Virus record (IMG/VR): IMGVR_UViG_3300013383_000002
Coordinates: 1 to 64,000 of that record
Reading direction: 5' to 3' (one strand)
DNA length: 64,000 nucleotides
DNA from: a virus
Lineage: Duplodnaviria; Caudoviricetes
How positions within the stretch are numbered: the first letter of the stretch is position 1; every line of letters starts with the position of its first letter. Below, piece by piece: positions 1 to 10,297 of this stretch. Below the pieces are notes generated by a model. That model was not told where the DNA came from. It did not search any database and worked only from the letters and a program-made list of their open reading frames with translations. Both the position numbers and the translations under genes were made by a program.

Positions 1-77
1 TCACTGAAATTAGAAACTTTTCTCACTGAAATTAGAAACTTTTCTCACTGAAATTAGAAACTTTTCTCACTGAAATT
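1..77. repeat. 22-bp direct tandem repeat TCACTGAAATTAGAAACTTTTC, 3.5 copies (may continue beyond the window edge)
   Basis: Perfect copies at 1-22, 23-44 and 45-66, partial copy 67-77; the core AAATTAGAAACT recurs at about 108-119. Confidence 0.95.
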
Positions 78-105
78 TGACTTCGCCCCAAAATTTCGTT
101 ATAAT
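77..105 (+). promoter_or_regulatory. sigma-70/sigma-A-type promoter
   Basis: TTGACT (77-82), 17 bp, TATAAT (100-105); GGAGG RBS before the ORF at 152. Confidence 0.8.
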
Positions 106-151
106 CTAAATTAGAAACTGAGGCAAATTATGAACGGAGGGCTTATATGAA

Positions 152-1450
152 ATGCCTAAACGAAATCGCTTACAGCTAGACTTCTCGCTTTCTTCGGCAG
201 AAGAACGTCAAGTCTTCCTAACAAAATACCTAGACTCTCTGGCGTTTACGCCAACTTCATCCGAACTAGAGCTAATGGCCGACTATGTTCTATGGGGAGA
301 TAAGAATTCTGACGAAACCATTGAACTAGAAACCTTCTGGAAAAAGAAAGAAAAAAAAGTCGAGTCTCTTGACGAATTACAAGAAAACCCCACTTTCCTC
401 GAAGCGCGTCTTGCTTCTCCTTACGTCGCTCCAAAAACTCAAAAAACACGTCGAGTCTTCTCCCGAGAGGAAGCTCGCGCCCTCGCCTCTCCTGACGTCC
501 TCGCGCACCTTGAAGGCCTTTGGCGCGAAATTGATACGCTCGACCTCGAAACTCGCTTCTATGAAAACTTTATTGGCCGTCAGGCTAAACCCCCTCGTAG
601 TCAGCTCCTCGAACGTTTTACTTCGGCGGAAGCCGAAGAAATCCGCGCGCACGCCCAATCCCTAACCGAATATGCCTATTTGAAGAAGCGAAAACTTCTA
701 GTTGAGAAACGTTCTGAACAATACCCATGGCGTGATACTTACGCGGCCCCTCTAATCCAGCGTCACACCCCCACTATTGTCCAAGACCCCGTACTTCCTC
801 CGCTCTTAAACACAGATATTCCCATTCTTCCACTCGGAAACCTCCCAATTCAGCTGGCTCCAAAAATTTTCCCCTCCTCCGGTGAGTTTCCAACTCCCGG
901 CACTCTAACCCCAGACGAAGAAAAGCTTCTCTCCAAAACCATCTGGCGCGAACCCTCAAGTGCGCCGAACTCATTTGATTTCCGCGACCCCGCGCACCTC
1001 GCTTCTTTTATCTCTCTTTACTCCGAGCTTTTGCCCGACCAAAACTCTGATGAAGGCCTTCAAGCCCTTTTTTCCACTTTTACCTATTACCAAAAACTCG
1101 CACGACTTTCACCTCTCTACCTCGACATATTGCGCGCGAAGGTCGCACACGAAACCAACACTAAAATTGTAGAGAAGATAGCATCAAAATATGGCAAATC
1201 TTATGGCGAAAATTATATTTCAACTCTTTATCGCCAAAAGATATTGCCAAAAATAGCCGCAGCGGCGTCCGCGCATTACCAAGTTACTTCGGAGCTATTT
1301 TTCCCCGAAAACTTCAAAACGTGTAAGGATTGCGCGCGCACGCTACTTAGGACTCCAGATTACTTTATGCGCAAAGCAAAATCTTCAGATGGCTTTTCAC
1401 CTCGTTGTAAAGCTTGCGAAAAAGCGCTGCGCGAAAGGAGGAAAAATTGA
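152..1450 (+). CDS. hypothetical protein with C-terminal Cys4 zinc finger, possibly DNA-binding or regulatory
   Basis: 432-aa ORF; CKDC...CKAC at the C-terminus; RBS present. Confidence 0.6.
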   Translation: MPKRNRLQLDFSLSSAEERQVFLTKYLDSLAFTPTSSELELMADYVLWGDKNSDETIELETFWKKKEKKVESLDELQENPTFLEARLASPYVAPKTQKTRRVFSREEARALASPDVLAHLEGLWREIDTLDLETRFYENFIGRQAKPPRSQLLERFTSAEAEEIRAHAQSLTEYAYLKKRKLLVEKRSEQYPWRDTYAAPLIQRHTPTIVQDPVLPPLLNTDIPILPLGNLPIQLAPKIFPSSGEFPTPGTLTPDEEKLLSKTIWREPSSAPNSFDFRDPAHLASFISLYSELLPDQNSDEGLQALFSTFTYYQKLARLSPLYLDILRAKVAHETNTKIVEKIASKYGKSYGENYISTLYRQKILPKIAAAASAHYQVTSELFFPENFKTCKDCARTLLRTPDYFMRKAKSSDGFSPRCKACEKALRERRKN

Positions 1451-1722
1451 AACTAGATTTAGTAAACGAGTTTGTCGCACGCGCGGCGTCACTGGAAGTA
1501 GAGGAGTTTTTGGGGCTTACCAATCTTCTCAATGTTCCGCTGACTACGGAAGCGCGCGATCACCGTCCTTTTGAGGATGTCTTTATTGATACAGTTGTCG
1601 CTTTCGGTAAAATGGGGCGAAAGCAAAAAAGAGAACTTATAAAAGTGCTGCGCCGCGTAGAAAAAGACAATAAAGAAATGCGCGCGACCCTTGAAGAGGA
1701 GGAGGCCTCCAAATGCCAGTAA
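1447..1722 (+). CDS. hypothetical protein (TTG start likely)
   Basis: GGAGG precedes TTG at 1447, in frame with ORF 1414..1722 and coupled to the upstream stop. Confidence 0.6.
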   Translation: MKLDLVNEFVARAASLEVEEFLGLTNLLNVPLTTEARDHRPFEDVFIDTVVAFGKMGRKQKRELIKVLRRVEKDNKEMRATLEEEEASKCQ

Positions 1723-2708
1723 TTCCTCAAATTCCTCGCCCTAAGCGTTCGTTTCTCTCAAAACGGTGCGCGCGATGCCAGGTAGAACAACCAGAAGAGG
1801 ATTTCGCTTTCACTCACAGCGAATTCTATCCCGACCACCATCTTCCACTTTGTAATTCATGCGTTACTTCGATGTTGCGCGAACACGACTTTGATTGGTG
1901 CTTTATTGATAAGTTGTGCCAATGGGCTGATATTCCATTTATTGTAAAAGAATGGGAGAGATTGCGCGAACTCAATTCTCCTGATAGCGTGTGGGCAGCT
2001 TATTCCAAAGTTTTTGCTTCGCAAGACTATGAGGGCCTTGGGTGGGACTCTTATTTCAAGCAATATCAAGAACTAAAGGCAGTCGGTTTAGTGGAAGAAG
2101 AGATTCCGCTTTTGAAGGAGAAGCATTTCGACGAGCTGCGCGCGCGGTGGGGTGCCAACTATGACGAAGATGCCCTAAATTACCTCGAAAACCTTTATCA
2201 AGGACTTCTAATGTCTCAAAACGTGGTCGGCGCACTTCAAATCGACCAAGCTCAAAAGCTTTGTAAGGTGTCCTATGAAATTGATAGTCGCATCCGCGCG
2301 GGAGATAAAGACGTCGATAAATTTATGGCGACTTATGATAAGCTGGTCAAAACAGCTGAGTTCACACCCAAAAATATAAAGAACGCGCACGACTTCGATA
2401 GCTTTGGTGAATTGGCACTTTGGCTCGAAAAACGCGGCAATCAGAACAAGTTTTATGATGGCGCGACTCGTGATGTTGTAGACGAAACAATCAAGAATAT
2501 TCAGGCATGGAATCAGCGCCTTTACGTCAACGAAAGCAGTCTTGGTGAAGAGATAACCGCGCGCCTCCAAGCTCTTAAAAACGTCCAAGAAAGCGAAAAT
2601 TTCTATGAGACAGAGCAAAAAGATTTCGACGCCGACATCTACGAAGCAGAAGTTTTCAAAGATGAAGACGAGGAAGATTTTGAGACAGAAGGGGAGATGG
2701 GCGTATGA
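1713..2708 (+). CDS. zinc-finger protein upstream of terL, candidate terminase small subunit
   Basis: CARC...CNSC, acidic C-terminus, ATGA overlap with terL; function inferred from position only. Confidence 0.5.
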   Translation: MPVIPQIPRPKRSFLSKRCARCQVEQPEEDFAFTHSEFYPDHHLPLCNSCVTSMLREHDFDWCFIDKLCQWADIPFIVKEWERLRELNSPDSVWAAYSKVFASQDYEGLGWDSYFKQYQELKAVGLVEEEIPLLKEKHFDELRARWGANYDEDALNYLENLYQGLLMSQNVVGALQIDQAQKLCKVSYEIDSRIRAGDKDVDKFMATYDKLVKTAEFTPKNIKNAHDFDSFGELALWLEKRGNQNKFYDGATRDVVDETIKNIQAWNQRLYVNESSLGEEITARLQALKNVQESENFYETEQKDFDADIYEAEVFKDEDEEDFETEGEMGV

Positions 2709-5235
2709 GTATTATCCAGTTGCGGCCGCCCACTTCGCCTTTTCTCCAAGATAACCGTATCTATCGAGATGGTGTTTTACTAGAAAAGGGCGTTGAAGTT
2801 ACTGAAGACTTTTTGATAAGAAATGAAAAGTTTTTTGCAGATTTGACACAAATCTATACCGTCTATCCCGACGTCTATTTGGACATAATTCGACCAGAAA
2901 ATAGTCAGTTTGATTTGTTCATGTATCAGCGTATTTTTCTTAGAAGTTTGATGCGCTATAACCAAGTCTACATTACAGCAACGCGCGCGGCCTCGAAATC
3001 GTTCCTTTCCGTTTTGGGAATGTTTTTACAATGCGTTTTCATTCCAGGACATAAGTGCTCACTCATTGCACCGGTCAAAACCCAAGGCGTAAAAATTTTG
3101 CGCCTCTTCTTTGTAAAAAGGAGATAAATCAGGCATCTAATTGCTGGGAAACCCTAAAAGCCCAAATGCCTTTTTTATAGGAGCAAAAGCAGAAACAAGT
3201 TTTGGGATAACCTACGGCAAAAGCCTAAGGGTATTTATAATGGGCAATCAGCAGCCAACTCTTTTTGAGAGGTTCAACGACTATCCTTCGGGAGTAAATT
3301 CTGAAACGGTGCCTTGCCTCGCGGCAAAAGATATAGTCTAATCTTATGCGAAAGCATAAGCTAATAAAATGAAAAATTTTCAAAGAAAAAATAGCCGAAA
3401 TTCTAAAGATATGGCCTCTTCTTGAAAAAGAACTCGAAGTTTTTATGGGCAAACCGCACATCAATTTATCAAAAGACGTAGGCGAAGCTTATTTCAAGAA
3501 TGGTTCATTATTCACCGTCGAAGGGGCAACAGATTCATCACGCGGCCTCCGACGTCACTCAATCTTTCTCGATGAGACACGTGACGCCGACGAAGACGCG
3601 GTTAGTGAAATCATCATCCCCCAACTAAACGTTTCGCGCCGCAACGCACTCGGCCTTGTAAACCCATATGAAGCCGTAAATCAGCAGATGATTAGTGGTA
3701 CTTCCGCAGGCACTAAATCATCCTATGCCTACGCATTACTTTGCGAGACGATGATACAGGCAATAATTGACCCCGCCCATGCTTTTGTAATGGGACTTGA
3801 TTATAGATTGCCGGCGATGCACGGCTTGGTAGACAAGGCTTTCGTCGAGCGACAAAAGTTCTCATCCTCCTACAATGAAGCAACTTTCGCAGCTGAATTT
3901 TTAGGAACTTGGATTGGCGGGAGTGATGAAGCGTGGTATGATTTTGAGAAACTTTCTAAGTATAGAAAGAAAAAAAATCCAGAGTGGTTTCAAAAGTATA
4001 AAGACGACCCGAATGTTTTCTACTTACTGTCGATAGATATAGGTAAAGGAATTTTGCCCCATTTTGTAGTAATATAAAATGTGTATCTTTCTAATTGCTG
4101 GGACACCTTCAGGGCAATCAGCAGCCAATCTACGGACGGTTCAACGACTATCTCGCAAGAGAGTAAAGGTAAGCGCCTCGAAATGGAAGATATCCTACTG
4201 GGATAATGATATAGTCTAATCTTTATGGGAACATAAAGCCCTATGGTATGAAATTAGCGACTTCATATAAATATAAATGAGATTACACGACAGCACAGTA
4301 GCAACTGTATTTCGGGTCAACAAAGTAAACGGCAAATACTATTCAACCGTTGTAAATATTTATGTCCTAGGACGTCAAGCGGAAACCAAAACTTTCTCTC
4401 AACAAGCGATTGATATCAAACTTTTGATTGAGAGATACAATCCGCGCGAAGTCCTTATAGACACAAATGGCTTAGCAACTTAGGTCATTCAAAATCCCTC
4501 TAATTGCTGGAAAGCCTTTCAAAGGTAATCAGCAGCGAAGTCGCGTTTGAGCGAAACGTTCAACGACCAACCGTGAGGTGTAGGAACAGTGTTCCGAAAC
4601 GGGGGATACTTTTAGTAAAGATATGGTCTTCTCTATATAGTGATATATAGCAGTTCATAAGAGAACGCATACGCTTACGAAACGTATGGAAAATAAAAGT
4701 AGGTCTTGGTATTGCCGACGAAATGATAAAAACCCATATCGACGGCCGCGGGCGAGAGCTTCCCGCTTACGGCTTCTTCAATAATGACGATTATAAAAAA
4801 ATCCAACCGCGTAATTGTATCCCAATTCTCTATTCAATGAAAGCCAATGGCCCTCTAAAGTCAAAAATCAATGGTAACGCTTATGCTCGTCTAAACAGTG
4901 GCTTAGTTCGCTTCTTAATATCAGAGCAAGAGGCCCGCTCTTCCCTTCTCGCGACAAAGAAAGGGCAAAAGATGAGTCTAAAAGAGCGCACAGAGCGACT
5001 TCTGCCTCATGAGAACACCACAAAGCTTTTTACGGAAATGGCTAACCTTCGAGCTAAGCAGACGGGCAATGATATCGTCCTTGAGCCGATAAACTCTCGG
5101 TTCCCCGACGATAAGTATTACTCTTTTGCTTATGGGCTTTGGCGCATCAAAGAAATAGAGGAAGAAGAACAAAAACGCCAAAGAAAACGAGGCGTTGGAA
5201 AACGTAAACTCGTATTTTTTACAGGAGGAACATAA
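2705..5235 (+). CDS. terL: terminase large subunit, spliced: join(2705..3090,3372..4044,4280..4472,4700..5235), 595 aa
   Basis: Walker A-like ATRAASKS, Walker B RGLRRHSIFLDE, nuclease motifs IDIG|R-HD, IDTNGLG and PDDKYYS; exons total 1788 nt in frame. Confidence 0.92.
3091..3371 (+). mobile_element. group I intron 1 in terL (ORF-less, 281 nt)
   Basis: P1 exon GGCGU pairs with IGS GCGCC (U.G); core AATTGCTGGGAA...AATCAGCAGC, P7 GACTA/TAGTC; ends in G; join gives GVKIFKEK. Confidence 0.92.
4045..4279 (+). mobile_element. group I intron 2 in terL (ORF-less, 235 nt)
   Basis: Same core motifs and P7 GACTA/TAGTC; exon ends in U, intron ends in G; join gives IDIG|RLHD; P1 is short (GGU/GCC). Confidence 0.88.
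4473..4699 (+). mobile_element. group I intron 3 in terL (ORF-less, 227 nt)
   Basis: P1 AAUGGCU/GGUCAUU, P10 ACUUA/UAGGU, covariant P7 GACCA/TGGTC; join gives DTNGLGLGIADEM. Confidence 0.92.
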
Positions 5236-6753
5236 TTGGAAGAACAGAAAGTTGAAAATAAAACCGCGCGCGACCTTTCCTCCTTTACTCGCGCGCGTGA
5301 ACAGATGGTAGCAAAAAGCCGAGAAATTTATGGCGATTACGATTATCTATCTGGCGCGCGGGCTTCTCGAAGACTGCGCAAATACTCTCTAAAAGAGATT
5401 GATGAAATTATTAGTTCTGGTTCTTTAGCAAGTCAGCGAATTCTTTCAAGAACTTATTTCGCTATGGATGGTTTGTATAAGAGAATTCTTTTATACTATG
5501 CGACGCTAATGAAAGGGGCCGGATTACTATCTCCTATTCCGGGTTATGGTAAAAAACTCTCCACCGACCATGTTCAAAAGCGGTACTATGGTGCATTGAA
5601 TTATCTTGATAAGTTACATCTCAAGGAGCTTGAAGAAAAAGTTTGTTTGCGCGCCCTCATAGATGGAAGTTACTATGGTGTGATTCAAAAGTTAGATAAG
5701 AATGATTTTGTACTTTTGGATTTGCCCGCGCAATTCGCTCGTTCTTGCTTTAAGGATATATACGGTAGAGATATAGTTGAATTTGATGTCACGTATTTTT
5801 CTCAAATTATTGATAAGGAAGATAGAGAGGAAGAATTAGCTCTATTCCCATCAATAATTTCTAAGTACTACCGAAGATATGAAAGAGGAAAAGAAACTTG
5901 TCCTTGGGTAAAAATTCCCGCGAATATCGGAGTATGCTTTTCGTTCATGGAAGATGGCTATCCGCTTTTCCTTTCCGTCATTCCGGCCACCATTCAATAT
6001 GATGAGACAGTAGATACCGAAAGAGAAAGAGATTTGGAAGAAATTAGAAAAATTCTAATTCAAAAAATCCCTCACCTTCAGGATGGCGCGCTTCTCTTTG
6101 AGCCGGATGAAGCAGTGGAAATGCACGCTGGCGCAGTTGATATGATGAAAGGAAATAAAAATCTTTCTGTCCTAACAACTTACGCAGACGTGGACTCAAT
6201 TGTTTCTAAGACTTCTTCTGATGCCGTTTCAAACAATCTTGAAAAAATGCTTCAAAATGTATATGCTGAAGCTAGTGTTAGTGCGCAGTTATTTTCTCCA
6301 ACTGGCGCGCAAGCCCTTGATAATTCTATTCGTAATGATATGGCCTTTATGATGATTATTATGAATAAAATTTCGCGCTTTGTAACGGACTTACTAAATG
6401 AACTATTTGGAAATACGAATGTCTCTTTCAAATATATCATTCTACCAATTACTTATTATAACCAATCTGAATTTATAACAGATTCTATGAAGCTCGCGCA
6501 AGCTGGTTATAGTTTTCTACTACCATCTATTGCGATTGGAATTGACCAAAGGGAGCTTCTTGGAATCAAGGAATTAGAAAATGATGTCTTAGGTCTTCGT
6601 GATAAACTAATTCCACTTGCTTCTTCTTATACTGAATCAGCCTCGAGTGGAGAACCTGGTCGTCCAACAAAAACGGCTGAGCAAAAATCTCCTTCAACGA
6701 TTGTAAAAGAAGAATCAATCAATAAACAAGGAGGCTTGAAGACCGATGAATAA
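5236..6753 (+). CDS. portal protein (probable)
   Basis: 505 aa directly after terL, TTG start with GGAGG; C-terminal GRP motif common in portals. Confidence 0.75.
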   Translation: MEEQKVENKTARDLSSFTRAREQMVAKSREIYGDYDYLSGARASRRLRKYSLKEIDEIISSGSLASQRILSRTYFAMDGLYKRILLYYATLMKGAGLLSPIPGYGKKLSTDHVQKRYYGALNYLDKLHLKELEEKVCLRALIDGSYYGVIQKLDKNDFVLLDLPAQFARSCFKDIYGRDIVEFDVTYFSQIIDKEDREEELALFPSIISKYYRRYERGKETCPWVKIPANIGVCFSFMEDGYPLFLSVIPATIQYDETVDTERERDLEEIRKILIQKIPHLQDGALLFEPDEAVEMHAGAVDMMKGNKNLSVLTTYADVDSIVSKTSSDAVSNNLEKMLQNVYAEASVSAQLFSPTGAQALDNSIRNDMAFMMIIMNKISRFVTDLLNELFGNTNVSFKYIILPITYYNQSEFITDSMKLAQAGYSFLLPSIAIGIDQRELLGIKELENDVLGLRDKLIPLASSYTESASSGEPGRPTKTAEQKSPSTIVKEESINKQGGLKTDE

Positions 6754-8101
6754 TTTCGAGTTTCCTGTCTGTGTTTATGGGAAATTGGAAAAGTATAATG
6801 AAGTGCTTTCCAAAGGGCGATGCCGTATTTTTTATAAATACGGCAATCGCAACGGCACTTATATAACAGACGAATTCTCAGAGAAGCTTCTAGCAAGTAT
6901 TGCTTACGCGCCAGTAAAAGGAATTTATGAATATGACGATTTTTCTGACCATGGTGCGCGTCGATCAGAAGGAAGGATTTATGGTATAGTACCAGAAAAC
7001 CCCAATCTTCAGTGGGAAGAACATAAAGATGAAGATGGGGTTACGCGCACCTATGCTTGCGTTGATGTCTTAATTTTTACGGCTCTTTATAAAGAAGCAA
7101 ATGATATTATTGGTAAAGCGCAATCAATGGAATTATATGAGCCTTCTCTTCAATACCATAGAGAAATAATTCAAGGCCAACAGTACATTGTTTTTGATGA
7201 AGGATGTTTCTTAGGTCTTCAAGTTTTAGGCGACACGGTTGAGCCATGTTTTGAAGGGGCGGCCTTTTTCCAATTGCGCGAGAACATTGAAGAAGTTGTA
7301 AAGAGAATTCAAGAAATTGAAACAACATACTCTAAAGGAGGACAAAAAGAAATGCCTCAAATTAATTTCAAGCTTTCTGATAGACAGAAGTTTGATGCTA
7401 TTTGGACTCTACTAAATCCAAATTATACCGAAGAAGGTAATTGGACTGTTAATTATAGTATTTGCGACGTTTTTGATGACTATGCTTTAGCTTACAACTA
7501 TGAGTTCGAACAGTATGAACGAATTTATTATAGTAAAAATGATGAAACTGATAGTTTGTCTCTTGGAGAAAGAGTTCGCGTTTACGTGATTGATGTAACC
7601 GAAAAAGAGAAGTCTACCCTTGACACCCTGCGCGATCTCAATGGTGGAACTTATGAGCTAGTGAATGAAAATCTTGAACACGCCCAAGAGAATGCTGAAA
7701 AAATTTCTGGTTTTGAACTCAAAATTGACGAGTTGAATTCTATCGTAGCGACTTTGGATACAGAGAAGAATGAAGCTCAGTCTAATTTTGAACTTGAACA
7801 CAAAAAGGCTGAGGAGCTTTCTGGTGAAGTTGAGTCTTTGAAGCAATATAAGCTTGCTATTGAGACAGAGCAGAAGAACGCTGTTTTTGCCGAATATGAA
7901 GATAAGCTTTCTGAGGATGTTATTAATCATTATCGGGAAAAGATGGTCGAATATTCTGCTACTGACCTTGATAAGGAATTAGCTTACGAACTAAAAAAGA
8001 CAAATTTCTCTTTTTATGAAAAGAAAGACAATAGTTACTTACGAAAAGATGTCCAAAAGACTGGTATCGACGAGATTCTTGCTCGTTATGTAAGGAAATA
8101 A
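6746..8101 (+). CDS. prohead protease/scaffold-like protein
   Basis: Lies between portal and capsid genes; QSMEL and VEPCFE motifs, then an acidic coiled-coil C-terminus. Confidence 0.6.
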   Translation: MNNFEFPVCVYGKLEKYNEVLSKGRCRIFYKYGNRNGTYITDEFSEKLLASIAYAPVKGIYEYDDFSDHGARRSEGRIYGIVPENPNLQWEEHKDEDGVTRTYACVDVLIFTALYKEANDIIGKAQSMELYEPSLQYHREIIQGQQYIVFDEGCFLGLQVLGDTVEPCFEGAAFFQLRENIEEVVKRIQEIETTYSKGGQKEMPQINFKLSDRQKFDAIWTLLNPNYTEEGNWTVNYSICDVFDDYALAYNYEFEQYERIYYSKNDETDSLSLGERVRVYVIDVTEKEKSTLDTLRDLNGGTYELVNENLEHAQENAEKISGFELKIDELNSIVATLDTEKNEAQSNFELEHKKAEELSGEVESLKQYKLAIETEQKNAVFAEYEDKLSEDVINHYREKMVEYSATDLDKELAYELKKTNFSFYEKKDNSYLRKDVQKTGIDEILARYVRK

Positions 8102-8116
8102 TTTGGAGGATAAAAA

Positions 8117-8671
8117 ATGGCTACTAAGAGATTGGTAATCGACGGTTTCGGCCAAGTTGAGCTAAACAACGTTGCCTTCCGTCGTGATGGACGTATCGTG
8201 GCTCAGTGCGCGCCCGATGCTACTGATTTTGCTTCTGTTCCAGTTGAGAATGGTATGATTCTTGCTGTTGACGAGGCTAACCGCACTGTAAAGTTTGATA
8301 CTGATGGCTCTCTTCCCGTTGCTCTAGTATATTCTACTGAGCACATCTATGATGAGCGCACTCCCGGCCTAAAGAACTTTAGACTCAATGGCACTGATGA
8401 CTTCCTTCCTCGTCTAGGTTATCCCGCGGTTGGTGATAAGTGGCATACTAATACTATTTGCTATTCTGATGCTGAGTTTTCTAATGAGGCAGCTCTTCTT
8501 ACTGCTCTACAGTCTTGCAAGACTTCTGCTGTTTATGGTAAGACCGATGCAACTGGTGCGGTTTGTCTAACTGCTACTGCTCCTACGACCGGCCTAAAGC
8601 TAAAGGTTGTTGAGTATGGCACTATGCCTGATGGCCAGAAGGGCGTCAAGCTACAAGTTCTAAATGTGTAA
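8117..8671 (+). CDS. capsid-associated (decoration/stabilising) protein
   Basis: 184 aa just upstream of the MCP; codon bias of a highly expressed gene. Confidence 0.5.
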   Translation: MATKRLVIDGFGQVELNNVAFRRDGRIVAQCAPDATDFASVPVENGMILAVDEANRTVKFDTDGSLPVALVYSTEHIYDERTPGLKNFRLNGTDDFLPRLGYPAVGDKWHTNTICYSDAEFSNEAALLTALQSCKTSAVYGKTDATGAVCLTATAPTTGLKLKVVEYGTMPDGQKGVKLQVLNV

Positions 8672-8686
8672 TAGGAGGGTAATAAA

Positions 8687-9742
8687 ATGACTATTGCTGA
8701 ACTACAAGAAATTGCCCTTCATGCCGTAAAGGGCACTGTCCCTGCCACCTATGCCAATCAGGAAGTTGATATGCAGGCAGCTTTCGCTGATGGCCTTCGT
8801 GAACTAATGGGTTCCTACAATCAGTTTATGAAGAATCGTTATGACATTTACGAAATCGTCATGAGAGCTTATAACGAGATTCTTCCTGCTAAGGTTATTG
8901 ATGCCATTGGTGCTTTTGCTGATGTTCAGACCACGAAGAATGGTGAAAAGGTCATGTTCAAGGTTCGTAAAGGCAAGATGCGTGCAAAGAAGTTCCTAAC
9001 TCAGGCCGCTATCAATGGTGTTTATGATACTTTCCGTCTTGATTCTGACACTTTCACTCTCAACATGCACAATGTCGGCGGAGGCGTTTCCGTTGACTTA
9101 CAACGCGTCTCTGATGGTGCTGAATCCCTTGCCGAGTGCATGGCCATTCTAAACGAAGGTCTTACTGATGCTGTTTACTATGAAGTCTATAAGGCACTTC
9201 GCGCAGCTCTAAATGCCTCTGCTCGTCCTGCTGCTAATAAGGTTACTGTTAGTTCTTGGGATGCTGAGAAGATGGTCAAGCTAATCAATGTTGTCCGCGC
9301 TTATGGTAATGGTGTTGCTATTTTTGCTCCTCCTGAGTTTATTGGTGCAATGGGCGCAGACGCTATTGTTTCTGGTATTGCTAATACCACCAATGGTATT
9401 TATCATCCTGGTGATATCGATGCCATTCATAATACTGGTTATATCAATATTTTCCGTGGTTGCCCAGTTGTTCAGATTCGTCAGTCTTTCATTGATGAAA
9501 ATAATGAGAAGACTTGGATTGATCCTCAGATGGCTTATGTTCTCCCTTCCGGCGGCGAGAAGGTCGTCAAGGTTGCTCTTGAAGGCGGCTCCATCATCCG
9601 CGATTATCAGAACCGCGATGGTTCCACTGAGATTTATGCTGAGCAAAAGATGGGCTGTGCTATTCTAGCCCATCATAATTGGGGCATTTATCAGAACACG
9701 GGAATAGAACAGACGTTTGAAAATCCTTACGTTAATCTTTAA
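8687..9742 (+). CDS. major capsid protein (probable)
   Basis: 351 aa, position, strong codon bias, followed by a terminator. Confidence 0.75.
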   Translation: MTIAELQEIALHAVKGTVPATYANQEVDMQAAFADGLRELMGSYNQFMKNRYDIYEIVMRAYNEILPAKVIDAIGAFADVQTTKNGEKVMFKVRKGKMRAKKFLTQAAINGVYDTFRLDSDTFTLNMHNVGGGVSVDLQRVSDGAESLAECMAILNEGLTDAVYYEVYKALRAALNASARPAANKVTVSSWDAEKMVKLINVVRAYGNGVAIFAPPEFIGAMGADAIVSGIANTTNGIYHPGDIDAIHNTGYINIFRGCPVVQIRQSFIDENNEKTWIDPQMAYVLPSGGEKVVKVALEGGSIIRDYQNRDGSTEIYAEQKMGCAILAHHNWGIYQNTGIEQTFENPYVNL

Positions 9743-9760
9743 TCCCTACGATATATAATT

Positions 9761-9792
9761 GATGGGGGAGGTAGCTCCTCCCCCATCTTTTT
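9761..9792 (+). terminator. intrinsic terminator
   Basis: GATGGGGGAG...CTCCCCCATC stem followed by a T run. Confidence 0.8.
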
Positions 9793-9820
9793 CTAAAATG
9801 GAGTAAAAGGAGTATTCATA

Positions 9821-10294
9821 ATGGCTAAAGTAAAAATTACTAATAAGTATTCTGGTCCAATTTTGGTAAAAATTCCAGACCTAAATTTCCGTCGTGAACT
9901 AATGGCGCGAGGTTCATCTTTTATGGTAGAAAGTGAACAACTACAAGAGATGATGTATGATTATGGCTTCCGCTACATGATTGAAAGTGGAATGCTATAT
10001 ATTGAAGATCTTCAGGTAAAGAAAGATTTGGGCCTTGAACCAGAAGACGCAACTGAGCCTGTAAATCTAATTCCTCTTGAAGAGCCTCAAATGAAGCGAG
10101 CAATGACTGTGATGCCTATCAATGAATTTAAGGGCTTTGTCAAAAAACTAACTTACGAACAAATGCTGGCTCTAGCTGATTATGCAATCTATCACGAAGT
10201 TGGTGATTTTCAAAAGGCTCAGGTTATCAAAGAGGCTTGTGAAAAAGATATTATAAAGGCGATTGAACTAAATAGGCAGGATAAGGAGGGCTAA
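9821..10294 (+). CDS. hypothetical virion morphogenesis protein
   Basis: 157-aa ORF with RBS in the head-tail cluster. Confidence 0.6.
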   Translation: MAKVKITNKYSGPILVKIPDLNFRRELMARGSSFMVESEQLQEMMYDYGFRYMIESGMLYIEDLQVKKDLGLEPEDATEPVNLIPLEEPQMKRAMTVMPINEFKGFVKKLTYEQMLALADYAIYHEVGDFQKAQVIKEACEKDIIKAIELNRQDKEG

Positions 10295-10297
10295 TAA

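Noticed and set aside
1-77. CRISPR array
   Set aside because: Repeats are head-to-tail with no spacers, and no cas genes are present
3141-3341. 66-aa ORF and similar short ORFs over intron cores (17616..17951, 59310..59510, 60554..60736)
   Set aside because: They are incidental translations of ribozyme sequence with no RBS
2705-5235. terL as a pseudogene, or stop-codon reassignment explaining the fragmented genes
   Set aside because: The gaps contain group I cores and removing them restores the frames; long ORFs read normally in the standard code
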